A DNA stretch of 64,000 nt from Mobula hypostoma (taxonomy: Eukaryota): the NCBI RefSeq assembly GCF_963921235.1, contig NC_086097.1, positions 189,722,001 to 189,786,000 of the forward strand. The letters run 5' to 3'. Positions 1 to 12,574 of this stretch are shown piece after piece. The notes beneath the pieces were generated by a model. That model had not been told where the DNA came from and did no database searches. It saw only the letters and a list, made by a program, of their open reading frames with translations. How positions within the stretch are numbered: position 1 is the stretch's first letter; each line of letters starts with the position of its first letter. The translations under genes and the position numbers were made by a program.

Positions 1-639
1 TCAGTTGAGTGAGATGAGAAATTGTGCAATAAATAATCCAACTGGAATTGTCGACCGTTAGCACAGAGCAAAATTTCAGTGACTATTTAGCAAACCAAAA
101 AACAAAGGAATAGAATAGTCTTCTAGATTCACATTACGAGCACACTTCTCGGTTGCTAACTGAGAATGTGCTTATCCTTCCCATTAAAATAATCATCCAA
201 ACAAAGTAAAACATATTGTGATATGGTGAATGGATGATGAGGAAGGGAGAAGTAGTTTCATTTCCTTTAGATTCCCCAACTCTGTACCTCTCAGCTTTAT
301 CAAATTGGCTACTGTCAGTGCAACTGATCCAAGTGATTACACTGCTCCATTTGACCAAATTGCCTTCCATCAGTGTCATTCACTTTTGCTATTATTCTTA
401 TTGCTCTCTCCAGAAATAGTTTAATTTAACCGAACCCATTATAATGCAATTTTTGGATGATGTAATGAAAGTATGAAAAAGATTTCTTTGAGTACTTCAT
501 TTCAGTAAAGATAGCAGCTGTACAAAAAATATCATAGCATGACAATATTACATGATGCTATTTCCCCTTTGTGAATCAGTTATAAAATACTAACAACAAT
601 TCCTTTCATGTGTAACAAATTTTTGTTTACTGCATTGTT

Positions 640-890
640 GGAGTGCATTGGGGTTCTGTACCAGACGGCCGAGAGCCAGTCAGAATGCACTCCACGGTAC
701 ATCTGTAGAAATTTGCAAGAGCCTTTGGTGACAAACGAAATCTCATGAAACTCCTGCTTAAGACTAGTCAGTGGTGTGCCTTCTTTGTGATTGCAGCAGT
801 ATACTGGGCCCACTATACTGAGAAGAGGACGCCCAAGAACTTGAATTTGCTCTTCCTTTCCAGTGCTGACCTCTCAATGAGGAATTGATG
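640..890 (-). mobile_element. Degraded Rex1/Babar LINE fragment (post-RT C-terminal region)
   Basis: Reverse complement resembles the FYRCTVESILTGCITAWYG segment of the Rex1-like copies at 6.6 kb and 15.7 kb. Confidence 0.6.
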
Positions 891-1699
891 AAGACTCAAA
901 GGATCAACATTTTTTTTCTTAAATGTTATACTTTTTATTGAAGTAATATTGTAATTGAATGACCTGAGAAACAAAAAAAAGCATAGTAGTATGTACCAGT
1001 CATGGTATTTGAATATTAAGAGTGACTATGTTGTTCACTTCATCATAGCCTGCTCCCAAACTTAGCAGAGCTGCAAATCATGTGGCAAACGGAGTGAAAA
1101 TATTAAGTTGCAGATCTGAGCACATTTTTCTGGTTGGTTACATTTTGTAAATGGACACACAAAGGGCATTTCAAAGATAAAGCCTGTCCCAATTAAAATA
1201 TGTATCAAGCATCCTCTTGTACTTGCTTGTTACTATAGGGATATAAAATTATAATTCATCAGGTCAAATAGCTTGAATGCACTTTTCAACTACTTCTTCC
1301 ACATTGAATTTTGTACAATAAAAGCGGAGAACATTGTTTACTCATTTTAATTATATAGATTAAAGAAAATCAAAAATAAATAAGAGTAGAAAAAGAGACA
1401 AATAAGCATCACACACAAAAATACCTGGTGCATCAAATGTTGCTGAATATTTCTGGAACAGTGAGAATGATTTAGGTTGAAAACCTGAAGTGAACTTTGA
1501 CTTTCTAAGTAATGACTTACTAAATGTTCTGTAAATGTGTCTCCAGCACATCCAGAATGTCAAAGGGTGATATTATTGAACTTGCTGACTGAAGAACTAA
1601 CGTCAGCAGCTCGGAATTATATAATCATTCAATGAAATAAAAAGCCTTAATCTATCAAACAATTTTACATTCCTACATCAGACAAAACATAATGAAAAT

Positions 1700-2418
1700 T
1701 AAACACAAGAAATCCGAGGCAACACACTCACAATACTGGATGAACTCAGTAGGTCAGGCAGTATCCACAGAAATTAACAAGCAGTCGAAGTTTTGGGTCG
1801 AGACCCTTCTTCAGGACTGGTAAGGAAGGGGGAAGGTTCCAGAATAAAAAGGTGGGGGAGGGGGGAAGGGAAGAAGGATAGCTAGAAGGTGATAGCTGAA
1901 GCCGAGCGGATGGGAACGGTAAAGGAATGGAGATGAAGGAATTTGATAGGGGAGGAGACTGGACCACAGGAGAAAGGAAGGAGGAGGGGGAGGTGATTGT
2001 CAGGTGCAAAGAAGTAGGGGGCCAGAATGAGGAATCGAAGGGAGGGGCAGGGAATTTTTTTCACCGCAAGCAGAAATTAATATTCATGCCATCAGGTTGG
2101 AGGCTATCAGATTGAATATAAGGTGTTGCTCCTCCACCCTGAAGGAAGTTATATCGTGGCAGAAGAGGTGGCCATGGACTGACACGCTGGGAATTGGAAT
2201 TAAAATGTTGTGCCACTAGGAAGTTTTGCTTTTGGCAGATGGAGCGGAGGAGCTCAATGAAACTGACCCTCCTTTTTATGATGTATCTCACCAATGTAGA
2301 GGAAGCTGCATTGGGAGCACCGGACACAATAGACCACCTCACAAAATTTGCAGCTGAAGTGTGGCCTCACTTGGAAGGATTGTTTGGGGCCCTGAATGGA
2401 GGTGAGAGAGGAGTGCAG
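1700..2418 (-). mobile_element. Penelope-like element (Neptune type) 3' fragment: GIY-YIG remnant plus pLTR
   Basis: ORF 2254-2505(-) contains QGPKQSFQV...VVYCVRCSQCSFLYIGE (GIY-YIG), and ORF 2061-2342(-) contains LVAQHFNS. A degenerate hammerhead motif lies at about 1783-1820. Confidence 0.85.
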
Positions 2419-2419
2419 A

Positions 2420-3415
2420 GTATTACTATAAATTACAAAATAAATAAATAAATAAATAAATAGTACAAAAACTAAGGGAATAATGAGACGGTGTTCATGG
2501 ACCATTCAGAAATTTGATTACAGAAGGGAAGAAACTGTTCCTAAATCATTTACTGTGGGTCTTCAGGATCCTCGCCAGGCTTCTGTCACTGGATGGGTTT
2601 CCTCCCACATACCAAAGATGTACGGGTTAGCGTTACTAAGTTGTGAGCATGCTATGCTGGCACTGGAATCGTGGCAACACTATCGGGCTGCCCAGCCCAG
2701 CACTATCCTTGATAATTTAATTTTATGCAAAAGACATATTTCGCTGTGCTTCGATGTACATGCGAAAAGCTTTAATCTCTTCTCTTTAATCTCTTTATCT
2801 CCCGAAGAGGCCATCTCCCAGATGGTAAGACTCCTTAAAGTTGGATATCATCTCTTGAATATATCCTTAAGAGTGTTGAGGGTTGTACTAGTTATGGAAC
2901 TGGCTAAATCAACAGCCCTCTGCAGCCTCTTGCAATCCTGTGCTTTAGACTCTCCATACCAGGCTGTGATGTAACCAGTCAGAATACTCTTCATCATACA
3001 TCTACAGAAATTTCATGAATCTATGGGAATATACCAAAGCTCCTCAAACTCTTAATGAAGAAGAGCCACTGGCATGCCTCCCTTGTGATTATATTAACGT
3101 GTTGGCTCCAGGGCAGATGTTTGAAGATATTTGACACCCAGGAACCTGAAGCTTCTCACCACTTCTGCTGCTCATACCTCAACAAGGACTGGTGTGTACT
3201 CTCCTGATTTCCCCTTTCTGCAGCCCACAATCAATTCCTTGATCTCGCTGATATTGCTGAAGTTTTGACACCACTCAACCAGCTGAACTATCTCACTCCT
3301 GTAAGCTTCTTCATTGCCATGAGATTTTACCATTACAGTGCGGTCATTTATAAATGCTAAGGCACCAGTCATTAGCAGTGAGGTAAGCAAACATCCTTGA
3401 GGTCATGGATGTCAT
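2420..3415 (-). mobile_element. Degraded Rex1/Babar LINE 3' part, interrupted by a SINE-like insert at about 2572-2795
   Basis: ORF 3172-3390(-) has EEAYRSEIVQLVEWCQ...KELIVG. The AT-rich tail resembles other Rex1 tails in the window. Confidence 0.7.
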
Positions 3416-4807
3416 TAGAATGTATATTCATTAAACTACATCCCATTCAATCCCTTACAAAGCTCCTTCCATTAACCTCCTCCGCTCCTCAGTGGTGCCA
3501 CCCCAATGCACCCTCCGACCTCATTCCCCAGCATTCTGAGTGAACAAGGAACTATCACCTTGAACAAGCATCTTCAGCATCCTAAGCTTCAACTACACAA
3601 AGACCTACTGCAGCATCCCCACAGAAAGTCCAGTCACAGCCCACACCATCCTTCCTCCATCTGAAACACTCACAAATGGCACTAATCTCCAGACAACCAG
3701 CACAATTGCCTCCCTGCAGGCCTGACCCTCTCTCATCTCCAAAATCAGATGGGATTCTGGTCTTGGTATTATATTTCCACTGTGCATTGTGTAACTGTCC
3801 CAGACCTTGAAGTAAAGACAGCATATACTGGAATTTAGAAACAAAATAATAATCACAAAATGCCAAGTATCTCCAATATTTTCTACTTTTAACTCTGGGT
3901 CAGTTTTTGATTAGGTCACTCTTACCCTCAAAACTATATAAAGCACTTTCTAAACCAAGAAGGTATATATGTAAATTAACTAAGCTAATATCTGCAAAAA
4001 AGAGAAAACCTGCAGATGTTGGAAATCCAAGCAACACACACAAAATGCTGAAGGAACTTAGCAGGCCAGGTAGTATCCATGGAAAAAAGTACAGTCAATG
4101 TTTCGGGCTGACACCCTTCATCAGGACTGGAGGGAAAAAGAAGAGGAGTCAGAGTTCGAAGGTGAGGGGAGGGGAGGAAGAAACAGTAGTTGATAGGTGA
4201 AACTGGGAGGGGGGTACGGAGCTGAAGTGAAATGCTGGGAAGTTGATTGGTGATAGAGTAACAGGGCTGGAGAAAGGGAGAGGACAGAAGGCCATGGAAG
4301 AAAGAAAATGAGGAGGAGCACCAGAGGGAGATGATAGGAAAGTTGGGAGATAAGGTGAGAGGGAAATGGCACTGGGGAATGGTGAAGGAGGGGGAGAGGC
4401 ATTACTGGAAGTTCAAGAAATTGATGATCATGCCATCAGGTTGAGGTTACCCAGACAGAATATAAGCTGTTGCTCCTCCGACTTGAGTTTGACCTCATCA
4501 CAACATCTTATATTCCGTCTGGGTAGCCTCCAACCTGACAGCATAAACATGGATTTCTCAAACATCTGGTTTTGACCCCCCTCCTTCATCCTTCACCATT
4601 CCCCATTTCCACTCCCCTCTCTCACTTTATCTCCTTACCTGCCTATCATCTCCCTCTGGAGCTCCTCTCCACCTTTTCTTTCTTCCATGGCCTTCTGTCC
4701 TCTCCTATCAGATTCTCCCTTCTCCAGCCCTGTATCTCTTTCGCGTATCAACTTCCCAGCTCTTAACTTCACCCCTCAAACCCTCCCAGTTTCACCTATC
4801 AACTTGT

Positions 4808-5796
4808 CTCATTGAAGGTTCTCAGTCGCCCAGGTCATTGTATATCTAGCAGTAGTAAGTCAAGGCAACTGGACTTGCTGTGTTGCCACAGGAAACAGCT
4901 GAGACCAGTTCATTGGCTATATTTAAGAGGGAGTTAGATATGGCCCTTGTGGCTAAAGGGATCAGGGGGTATGGAGAGAAGGCAGGTACAGGGTTCTGAG
5001 TTGGATGATCAGCCATGATCATATTGAATGGCGGTGCAGGCTCGAAGGGCCGAATGGCCTACTCCTGCACCTACTTTCTATGTTTCTATGTCCGGAAGAT
5101 GTCTCGCCACTCATCCGAAGGGCTTCTTCATTTCTATTCCAGGGTGGGTAATTTTCTGGCTTATAAACTGAGAGTTGTTTAAAGGTATAGCAATCTCATG
5201 AAGGTTGTTAAGAGTCATAGAGGTAATGAGAGGGTCATTAGTCTTACCTTCGCATGAATGGAACTGTGAAGTGTTGTGGGGATATCCAGACAGCAACAAA
5301 AAACAACAAGGACATCAGCACAACAGACAGAGGTAAGGAGCAAAGCAGACAGAAAAACGTAGTCATCCCATATGTAGCTGGAGTTTCAGAGAAACTCAGA
5401 AGGATTTTCAACAAACCCCAAATCCCTGTGTTTTTCAAACCTACAAACACACTCAGACAGAAACTTGTCTACCCCAAGGATCCCACACCCAAACATAAAC
5501 AGAGCAATATTGTATATGCTATCTACCACAGTGAGAACTGCACAGATCTGTATATCAGTGAGACAAAACAACCACTTCACAAACAGATGGCCCAACAGAG
5601 GAGGGCTAACACCTCAGGTCAAGACTTGGCTGTCTACTTACTCCTAAAGGACAAGGGACACTTGTTTGATGATGATAATGTGTGCATTTTGGACAGGGAG
5701 AACAGGTGGTTTGAAATAGGAGTTAAAGAAGCCATCTTTGTCAAACTGGAAAACCCATCCCTGGACAGAAGGGGTGGGGTACAACACTACCTATCA
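4808..5796 (+). mobile_element. Penelope element (Poseidon type): inverted pLTR at about 4808-5240 plus GIY-YIG endonuclease remnant
   Basis: ORF 5254-5847 reads VVIPYVAGVSEKLRRIF...NIVYAI...DLYISETKQPLHKQMAQ...VKEAIFVKLENPSL. The upstream minus-strand sequence has a degenerate hammerhead (about 5098-5135) and a PLE-type tail. Confidence 0.88.
4908..5091 (+). mobile_element. CR1 (HER1-like) 3' tail inserted in the Poseidon pLTR
   Basis: GGATGATCAGCCATGATC...GAAGGGCCGAATGGCCTACTCCTGC followed by TTTCTATG repeats; the same tail type recurs at about 55100-55220. Confidence 0.85.
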
Positions 5797-6490
5797 GGCT
5801 GCGTCCACACTAGACTGGATAATTTTGAAAATGCCGGTTTTGCGTAATAACAATAGGCGTCCACATCAGACTTTTTTGAAAATATCTCCGTCCACATTAA
5901 AATGGGTATTTGAGCTAATCTCCTCTGACTGGGCATGCACAGGACACATCTACAGAAAACAAGGAAAGAGGAAATGGTATACTTGGTGTGCGTTTGTCCA
6001 GTTACAGACTAGAAAAACTTAAAAGGAAATTGCCAAACGACGGACAGCTGTTGGCTCTCGCACAGGAGGACTTTAAATTAAAAAAACAAATATTGGAGTG
6101 TATGGAGGCAACCGACAGGGAGTTCACAGACAGTATGACCCGGCTGACAACGAACATTGAAAAACTGACTAACTTCGTTGCAGAGGGATTTGCAATGATG
6201 AGGAATATGATGGTTCCCCCCCACAGTACTTTTCACCACCACAATACCAGCCTCACAGCCACTACAATAGCTACATATACGTACACACAGACCCCGGGTG
6301 GCCCCACCTACATCTTCCCCACTCCCACAGAGGGGTCACCCTGGAAACATTTCCTACAGCCATTGTCTCTTCACTGATGAAAGGGACAACAGGTTTTTTA
6401 AAACCTCCGGTTACCTCATACACACTAGAACACCCAACCGGCGTTTTCAGATTTAAACACTCTGGAAAGCGTTTTAGAAAAATTTCATTT
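5797..6490 (+). mobile_element. Truncated non-autonomous PIF/Harbinger-like DNA transposon
   Basis: Begins GGCTGCGTCCACACTAG with repeated GTCCACA subterminal motifs. An internal coiled-coil-like remnant (KRKLPNDGQLLALAQEDFKLKKQILE) resembles Harbinger accessory ORFs. The right TIR was not found. Confidence 0.55.
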
Positions 6491-8520
6491 TCTCAGTTTG
6501 TGGTTGGGGTGACTTGGGTCTCCAATGATCCTTTGTGCCCTTTTTTTTTTTACACACCTCTCTTTGTACACGTCCTGAATAGTGGGAAATTCACATCTAC
6601 AGATGCGCTGGGCTGTCCGCACACTCTCTGCAGAGTCCTGTGATTGAAGGAAGTACAGTTCCCATACCAGGCAGTGATGCAGCCAGTCAGGATGCTCTCA
6701 ATCATGCCCCTGTAGAAAGTTCTTAGAATTTGGGGGGCCAAACCAAACTTCTTCAACTGTCTGAGGTGAAAGGGGCACTGCTGTGCCTTTTTCACCACAC
6801 AGCCGGTACGTACAGACCGCGTGAGATCCTCAGTGATGTTTATACCGAGGAACTTAAAGCTGTTCACCCGCTCAACCCCAGATTCATTGATGTCTATAGG
6901 GGTTACCCTGTCTCCATTCCTCCTGTAGTCCCCAACCAGCTCCTTTGTTTTACAACATTGAGGGAGAGGTTGTTTTCTTGACACCACTATGTCAGGGTGA
7001 TGACTTCCTCTCTGTAGACTGCCTCATTATTATCTGAGATTAGGCAAATCAGTGTAGTGTCGTCAGCAAATTTAATTAGCAGATTGGAGCTGTGGGTGGC
7101 GATACAGTCATGGGTATACAGACAGTATAGGAGGGGGCTTAGTACACAGCCCTGAGGGGCACCTGTATTGAGTGTCAGAGGGGCAGAGGTGAGGGACCCC
7201 ACACTTACCACCTGCCGGCGGTCTGACAGGAAGTCCAGGATCCAGCTACACAAGGCAGGGTGAAGACCGAGGTCTCTGAGCTTCTTGTCAAGCCTGAAGG
7301 GAACTATGAACTGTAGTCCAAGAACAGTATTCTCACATAAGCATCTCTCTTTTCCAGATGTGTAAGGCCAGTGTGTAGGGCTGTGGCTATTGTGTCATCT
7401 GTCAATAGTTTGTGTCAGTAGTGAATTGTAGGGGTCCAGTGTGGGCAGATGTAGCCCTTGACCAACCTCTCAAAACATTTGCTTATTATTGAGGAGAGTG
7501 CAACAGGAAGCCAGTTGCTCAGACAGGTTATCTTGGTCTTTTTAGGTACAGGGATAACGGTGGATGTTGTGAAGCAGGAGGGCACTCTACACTGGCAGAG
7601 GGAGAGATTAAAAATGTCTGTAAATACACCTGCCAGTTGTGCCAGGCACATCCTGAGTATTCGCCCTGGGATGCCGTCTGGTTCTGCAGCCTTGCGACTG
7701 TCTACTCGTTGGAAGCACCTGTGTACTTTGGCCTGAGAGATGACCAGGCTGCCGGTCGCATAATCTGCAGGTCTCCTCAGGGGCTCAGTGTTGGCAGCAT
7801 CAAATCAAGTGTAAAAACGTCTTAGCTCGTCTGGGAGAGAGGCAGTGATGTTGGAAACTCCACTGAATTTAGCTTTGAAGTCTGCGATGGTATGCAGACC
7901 TTGCAATAAGCTGCGTGTGTTGTTGGTGGGAAGTTGAGTCTGAATATTGTCCCAGTATTGTTGTTTCGCTGCCTTGATGACCTTGTGCAGATCGTATCTA
8001 CATTTCTTGAGCTCTTGTTGATACTGGCAATGTAAACTCTATCTCACGCCGTAAGCGCTGCTCGCACGGAAACGTTGATCCAGGGTTTCTGATTCGGGAA
8101 GACCCTAACTGATTTCAGGAGGATAACATCCTTGATGCACTTCTGGATAAAACTCGTGACCCTGTCTGTGACCTCAGAGACATCCTCATCGCAGAAGACA
8201 TTCCAGTTGATGTTATCAAAGCAGTCCTGTAGCACGGAGGCCGAACTATGGCCACCTCTTGTTTCATGTTCTGCCTGTACTTTGGCACCAGAAAAATAGA
8301 GGAGTGATCCGATTTTCCAAATGGAGGACGAAGGAGTGCTTTGTAAGCATTGTGGGAGGGAGAGCAGCAGTGGTCGAGTACGCTATCTCCCTGTGTGCTC
8401 ACCTGGATGTGTTAGCAAAACTTCGGAGAGACTTTAGTCAGCAACACTTTATTAAAGTCACAGGCGACGATGAAGGCAGCCTCCAGGTTGCTGTAAACAA
8501 CTCAGAGTATTTACTACTGC
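6491..8520 (-). mobile_element. Rex1/Babar LINE with frameshifted EN-RT remnant
   Basis: ORFs contain PPFGKSDHSSI, NTGAPQGCVLSPLLY, IKFADDTTLI and ESILTGCITAWYG. Confidence 0.92.
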
Positions 8521-8832
8521 TTCAGAATCAGAATCAGAATCAGAATCAGGTTTATTATCACCGGCATGCAATGTGAAATTTGCTATCACCTTGTGGTTCT
8601 TCCTCCCTGCTTTCTTACACTTGACTCCTCATCTTTTTTTCCCAGTCCTGATGAAGGGTCTCAGCCCAAAATATTGTCTGTGCTCTTTTTCATAGAGGGT
8701 GCCTGGCCGGCTGAGTTCCTCCACCATTTTGTGTGAGTTACGTTATTTAATATCTGCATTTGTTCTCTCACTAATTGTTACTTGTACTTGCTCTTTTCCA
8801 TCCTAATTTCCTACCTCACTACTTACTTCAAT

Positions 8833-11180
8833 ACAAAGGAGCAGAATTAGGCCATTCAGTCCATCAAGTCTGCTCCATCATTCCATCATGGCAGATTTAT
8901 TATCCCCCTCAACTTCATTCTCCTGCCTTCTTCCCGTAATCTTTGATGCCCTGACTAATCAAGGACCTATCAACTGCCTGCTTTAAGTATACTCAATGAC
9001 TTGGCCTCTACATCATCTGTGGCAATGAAAACTACAGACTTGCAAACTTCTGGCTAAAGAAATTCCTCCTCATCTATCTTCTACATGGACGTCCCACTAT
9101 TCTGAGGCTGTGCCCTCCAGTCATAGACTCCCACACTATAGGAAACATCCTCTCCATGTCCAGGCTACCTGGGCCTTTCAATATTTAATTGAATATTTAA
9201 TAGATTCCCTCTCATTTTCCTAAACTTCAGTGAGTACAGGCCCAGAGTCATCTAACGCTCCTCATATGTTAACCCTTTTATTCCCAAAATCATTCTTGTG
9301 AACGCCCTCTGGACCCTCCTGAATACCAACACATCTTTTCTTAGATAAGGAGCCCAAAACTGCTCACAATACTCCAAGTGAAGTCTGACCAACGCTTTAT
9401 AAAATTTCAACATTACATCCTTGCTCTTATATTCTAGTCCTTTTGAAATGAATGCTAACATTGCATTTGCCGCCTTTACCACTATCACAACCTGCAAGTT
9501 AACTTTTAGGGAATCCTACACAAGGACTCTCAAGTCCCTTTGCACCTCTGATTTTTGAATTTTCTCCTCATCTAGAAAATAGACCATGCCTTTATTCCTT
9601 CTACTAAAGTACATGACCACACACTTCCAGATATTATATTCTATCTGCCACCTCTTTGCCAATTCTCCTAATCTGGCTAAATCCTTTTGCAGTCTCCCTG
9701 CTTCCTCAACACTGTTTGCCTTTCCACCTATCTTTGTATCATCTGCAAACTTAGCCATGATGCCCACTTTGCTGCCACTGCTACTGTGTGGTAACAGGAA
9801 TCTCCGGAGCAGAAGGCCCCAAAATCCTCGGCTTTGCTTGTTTCACTGGCCGGGACGAAGTCAAAGGCATTCGTCAGAGGATGGCGCTCGGGAGGTTGTA
9901 TCGGAGAGGCTGGTCGGAAGCTCGAAGTTTTCAGACGGATGGACTCAGAGTCGGCTGTGGTTGGCTGCTTCCAAGGCATCGGCAAGTTGACGATGCCTGG
10001 AGGTTTATGGCAGGAAGTTTCTCCCTTTTGCCGCCTGCTATCGGGGACTCGGGAGTCGATCGACTTGGGGACTTTTGAGACTTTATTTACCGTGCTCATG
10101 GTTTGTTCTTCATCAAATTATGGTATTGATTTGCACTGCTGTAACTATATGTTATAATTATGTGGTTTTGTCAGTGTTAGTCTTTGGTTTGTCCTGTTTT
10201 CTGTGATATCACTCCAGAGAAACATTGTATCATTTCTTAATGCATGTATGCATTTCTAAATGACAATAAAAGAGGACTGAGTGTTCTCATAATCTAAAGT
10301 CATCTATTCTGTCATCCAAATCAATCCCATACAATGTGACAAGAAGCGGTCCCAACAACGGCCCCAGTGGAACACCACTAGTCACCGTCAGCCAACCAGA
10401 AAAGGTCCCTTTTATTTCCACATGTTGCCTCCAGCCAGTCTTCTATCCATACTAGTATCTTTCGTGTAATACCATGGGCTCTTACCTTGTTAAGCAGCCT
10501 CATGTGCGGTACCTTGTCAAAGGCCTTCTGGAAATCTAAGTATACAATATCCACTGACTTTCCTTTGTCTATCCTGTCTGTTATTTCCAATAGATTTGTC
10601 TGGCAAAATTTCCCCTTAAGGGAAGTATGCGTTTGACTTTGGCCTAATTTATCACGGGCCTCCATTCACCTCAAAACTTTATCCTTAATAATGGACTTCA
10701 ACATATTTCCAACCACTGAAGTCAGGCTAACTGACCTATAATTTCCTTTCTTCTGCTTCCCTCCCTTCTTAAAGAGTGGAGTGACACTTACAATTTTCCA
10801 GTCCTCCAGAATCATTCCAGTATATACTGATTCTTGAAAGTTCATTTTTAATGCCTCCACAATCTCTTCAGCCACCTCTTTTCATACTCTGTGACGTAGT
10901 CCATCTGGTCAAGTGATTTATTTACCTTCAGACCTTTCAGCTTCTCAAGCATCTGCTACTTATTAATAGCAACTGAACTCACTTCTGCCCCTTGACACAC
11001 TCAGATTTCTGGTACACTGCTAGTAACTTCCACAGTGAAGACCAACACAAAATACTTATTAAGTTCATCCAATATTTCTTTGTACCCTCATTACTATCTC
11101 TTCAGCATCATTTTCCAATGGTCCGATATCCCCTCTCATCTCTCTTTTACACTTCATATATCTGATAAATTTTTGGTATA
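8833..11180 (-). mobile_element. CR1 LINE ORF2 remnant (RT plus 3' tail)
   Basis: ORFs contain [40 protein letters not shown] and LVRLHLEYCEQFWAP. It is split by an insert at about 9768-10297. Confidence 0.93.
9768..10297 (+). mobile_element. 5'-truncated non-autonomous retroelement, same family as 57259-57920
   Basis: Colinear similarity to about 57406-57920. It ends AATAAA-GAGGACTGAGTGTTCTC-ATAATCT and interrupts the CR1 RT coding region. Confidence 0.8.
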
Positions 11181-11707
11181 CCCTCTCATTTAACAAATGT
11201 GCAAATTGCCAGAAATACGAAACGTACAATGTTAAGTTTTTCATTATGTTTTAATATAATCATTCATTTTTCTAAATTATGTTCTTCTGAAGTTTGAATG
11301 GATATTTCCTCACGTGAGTGAACCTTTTAAGACCTTTAAACTTTTCCCAGTTCAGAACATACAATCTTGGAATTCTCCATGCAACATCCCATTTTGTTCA
11401 TTGCATAGCAACTTGGATTGCCTGTCTCATTTAACATATAATCTTTAGTGCACACATACCTGAAAGACTGCTGAGCTTGACTCATGGATATGTTCTAATT
11501 CGAAGAAATATTAAAAATTTGATGCAACTTGATGCAAATTCTTCCCCACCGCCATCTGAATTCTGAATGGACAATGAACCCAAATGTAATGCTTCACTAT
11601 TTTGTTTTGTTTCTTAGCACTCTTTTTATACTACTTACTATATTTCCTATTGTAATTTATAGCTTTTTATTATGAATTGCAATCTGCTGCAGCTAGGAAA
11701 CAACATG

Positions 11708-12337
11708 CAGTGCCATAAAAAGTATTCACCCCCCCTCCCCGAAAGTGTTCATGTTTTATTGTTTTACAACATTGAATCAAACTGGATTTAATTTGACTTT
11801 TTTGACACTGATCAACAGAAAAATACTCTTTTGTGTCAAAGTGAAAACAGATCTCTATAAAGTGATCTAAATTAATTACAAATATAAAACAGAAAATAAT
11901 TTATTGCATAAGTATTCAGTGGTGCAGCCAATTGATTTTAGAATTCACATAATTAGTTAAATGGAGATCTGTTTTTGGAGACCTGTATGCAGTCAAGGTG
12001 TTTCAATTGATTGTAGTAAAAACAAAAAATAAAAAAATAAAAGGTCCATCTGCTGGTGAATCAGTACCCTGGAAAAACTACACCATGAAGACAAAAGGAC
12101 ACTTCAAGAAATTCCATGAAAAGGTTCTGAAAAGCTCAAGTCAGGTGATGGATACAAGAAAACTTCCAAGTCACTGACTATCCCTCGGAGTACAGTTAAG
12201 TCAATCATCAAGAAATGGAAAGAATATGGCACAGCTGTAAAACTGAGTAGCCATACAAGAAGGGAACTAGTGAGGGAGGCCACCAAGAGATGTATGACAA
12301 CTCTGGAGGAGTTACAAGCTTCAGTGGCTGAGATAAG
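11708..12337 (+). mobile_element. Tc1-family transposon 5' fragment (Passport-like)
   Basis: TIR CAGTGCCATAAAAAGTATTCACCCCCC. A frameshifted transposase N-terminus runs from ATG 12085: MKTK...KSGDGYKKTSKSLTIPRSTVKSIIKKWKEYGT...LVREATKR.MTTLEELQASVAE. Confidence 0.88.
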
Positions 12338-12574
12338 AGGGAAAGAATCCCAATTCTAAATATCATTTCCACTAGTTGGACTGTTTGAATCTCTCAATGT
12401 ATAACATCAGAAAATGTGATATTCTACAGTGAGGAGACCTAAATAACAATGCAATGGGAACCACAAATGTTGACTAAAATGAAGTGACAAGGGAATGACC
12501 ACGAGGGCAAAGGGAAATGAAGTGGAAAGGGAAAGAGATTATGAGGTCATGAGGCACTTTACCACATGTGGCAA

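Larger units (their letters stand above)
3997..8747. mobile_element. Fold-back Neptune PLE insertion: minus arm 3997-4500, plus arm 4501-4807 and 8583-8747, split by nested elements
   Basis: An 11-bp direct repeat TAATATCTGCA flanks it (3986-3996 and 8748-8758). Both arms carry the QHLIFRLGSLQPD-MN-DFSN segment and a hammerhead-like motif (about 4092-4130 minus; 8643-8680 plus). Confidence 0.85.

Noticed and set aside
1424..1590. Micro-exon-like splice signal pairs on the minus strand
   Set aside because: The lengths (28 and 68 nt) do not preserve frame and show no RALYL similarity; such signals are common by chance.
5988..6377. 129-aa ORF as a host gene
   Set aside because: It lies inside the Harbinger-like element and is best explained as a transposon remnant.
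8522..8548. (CAGAAT)n tandem repeat
   Set aside because: It is the microsatellite tail of a Rex1-type LINE, not a CRISPR or telomeric array.
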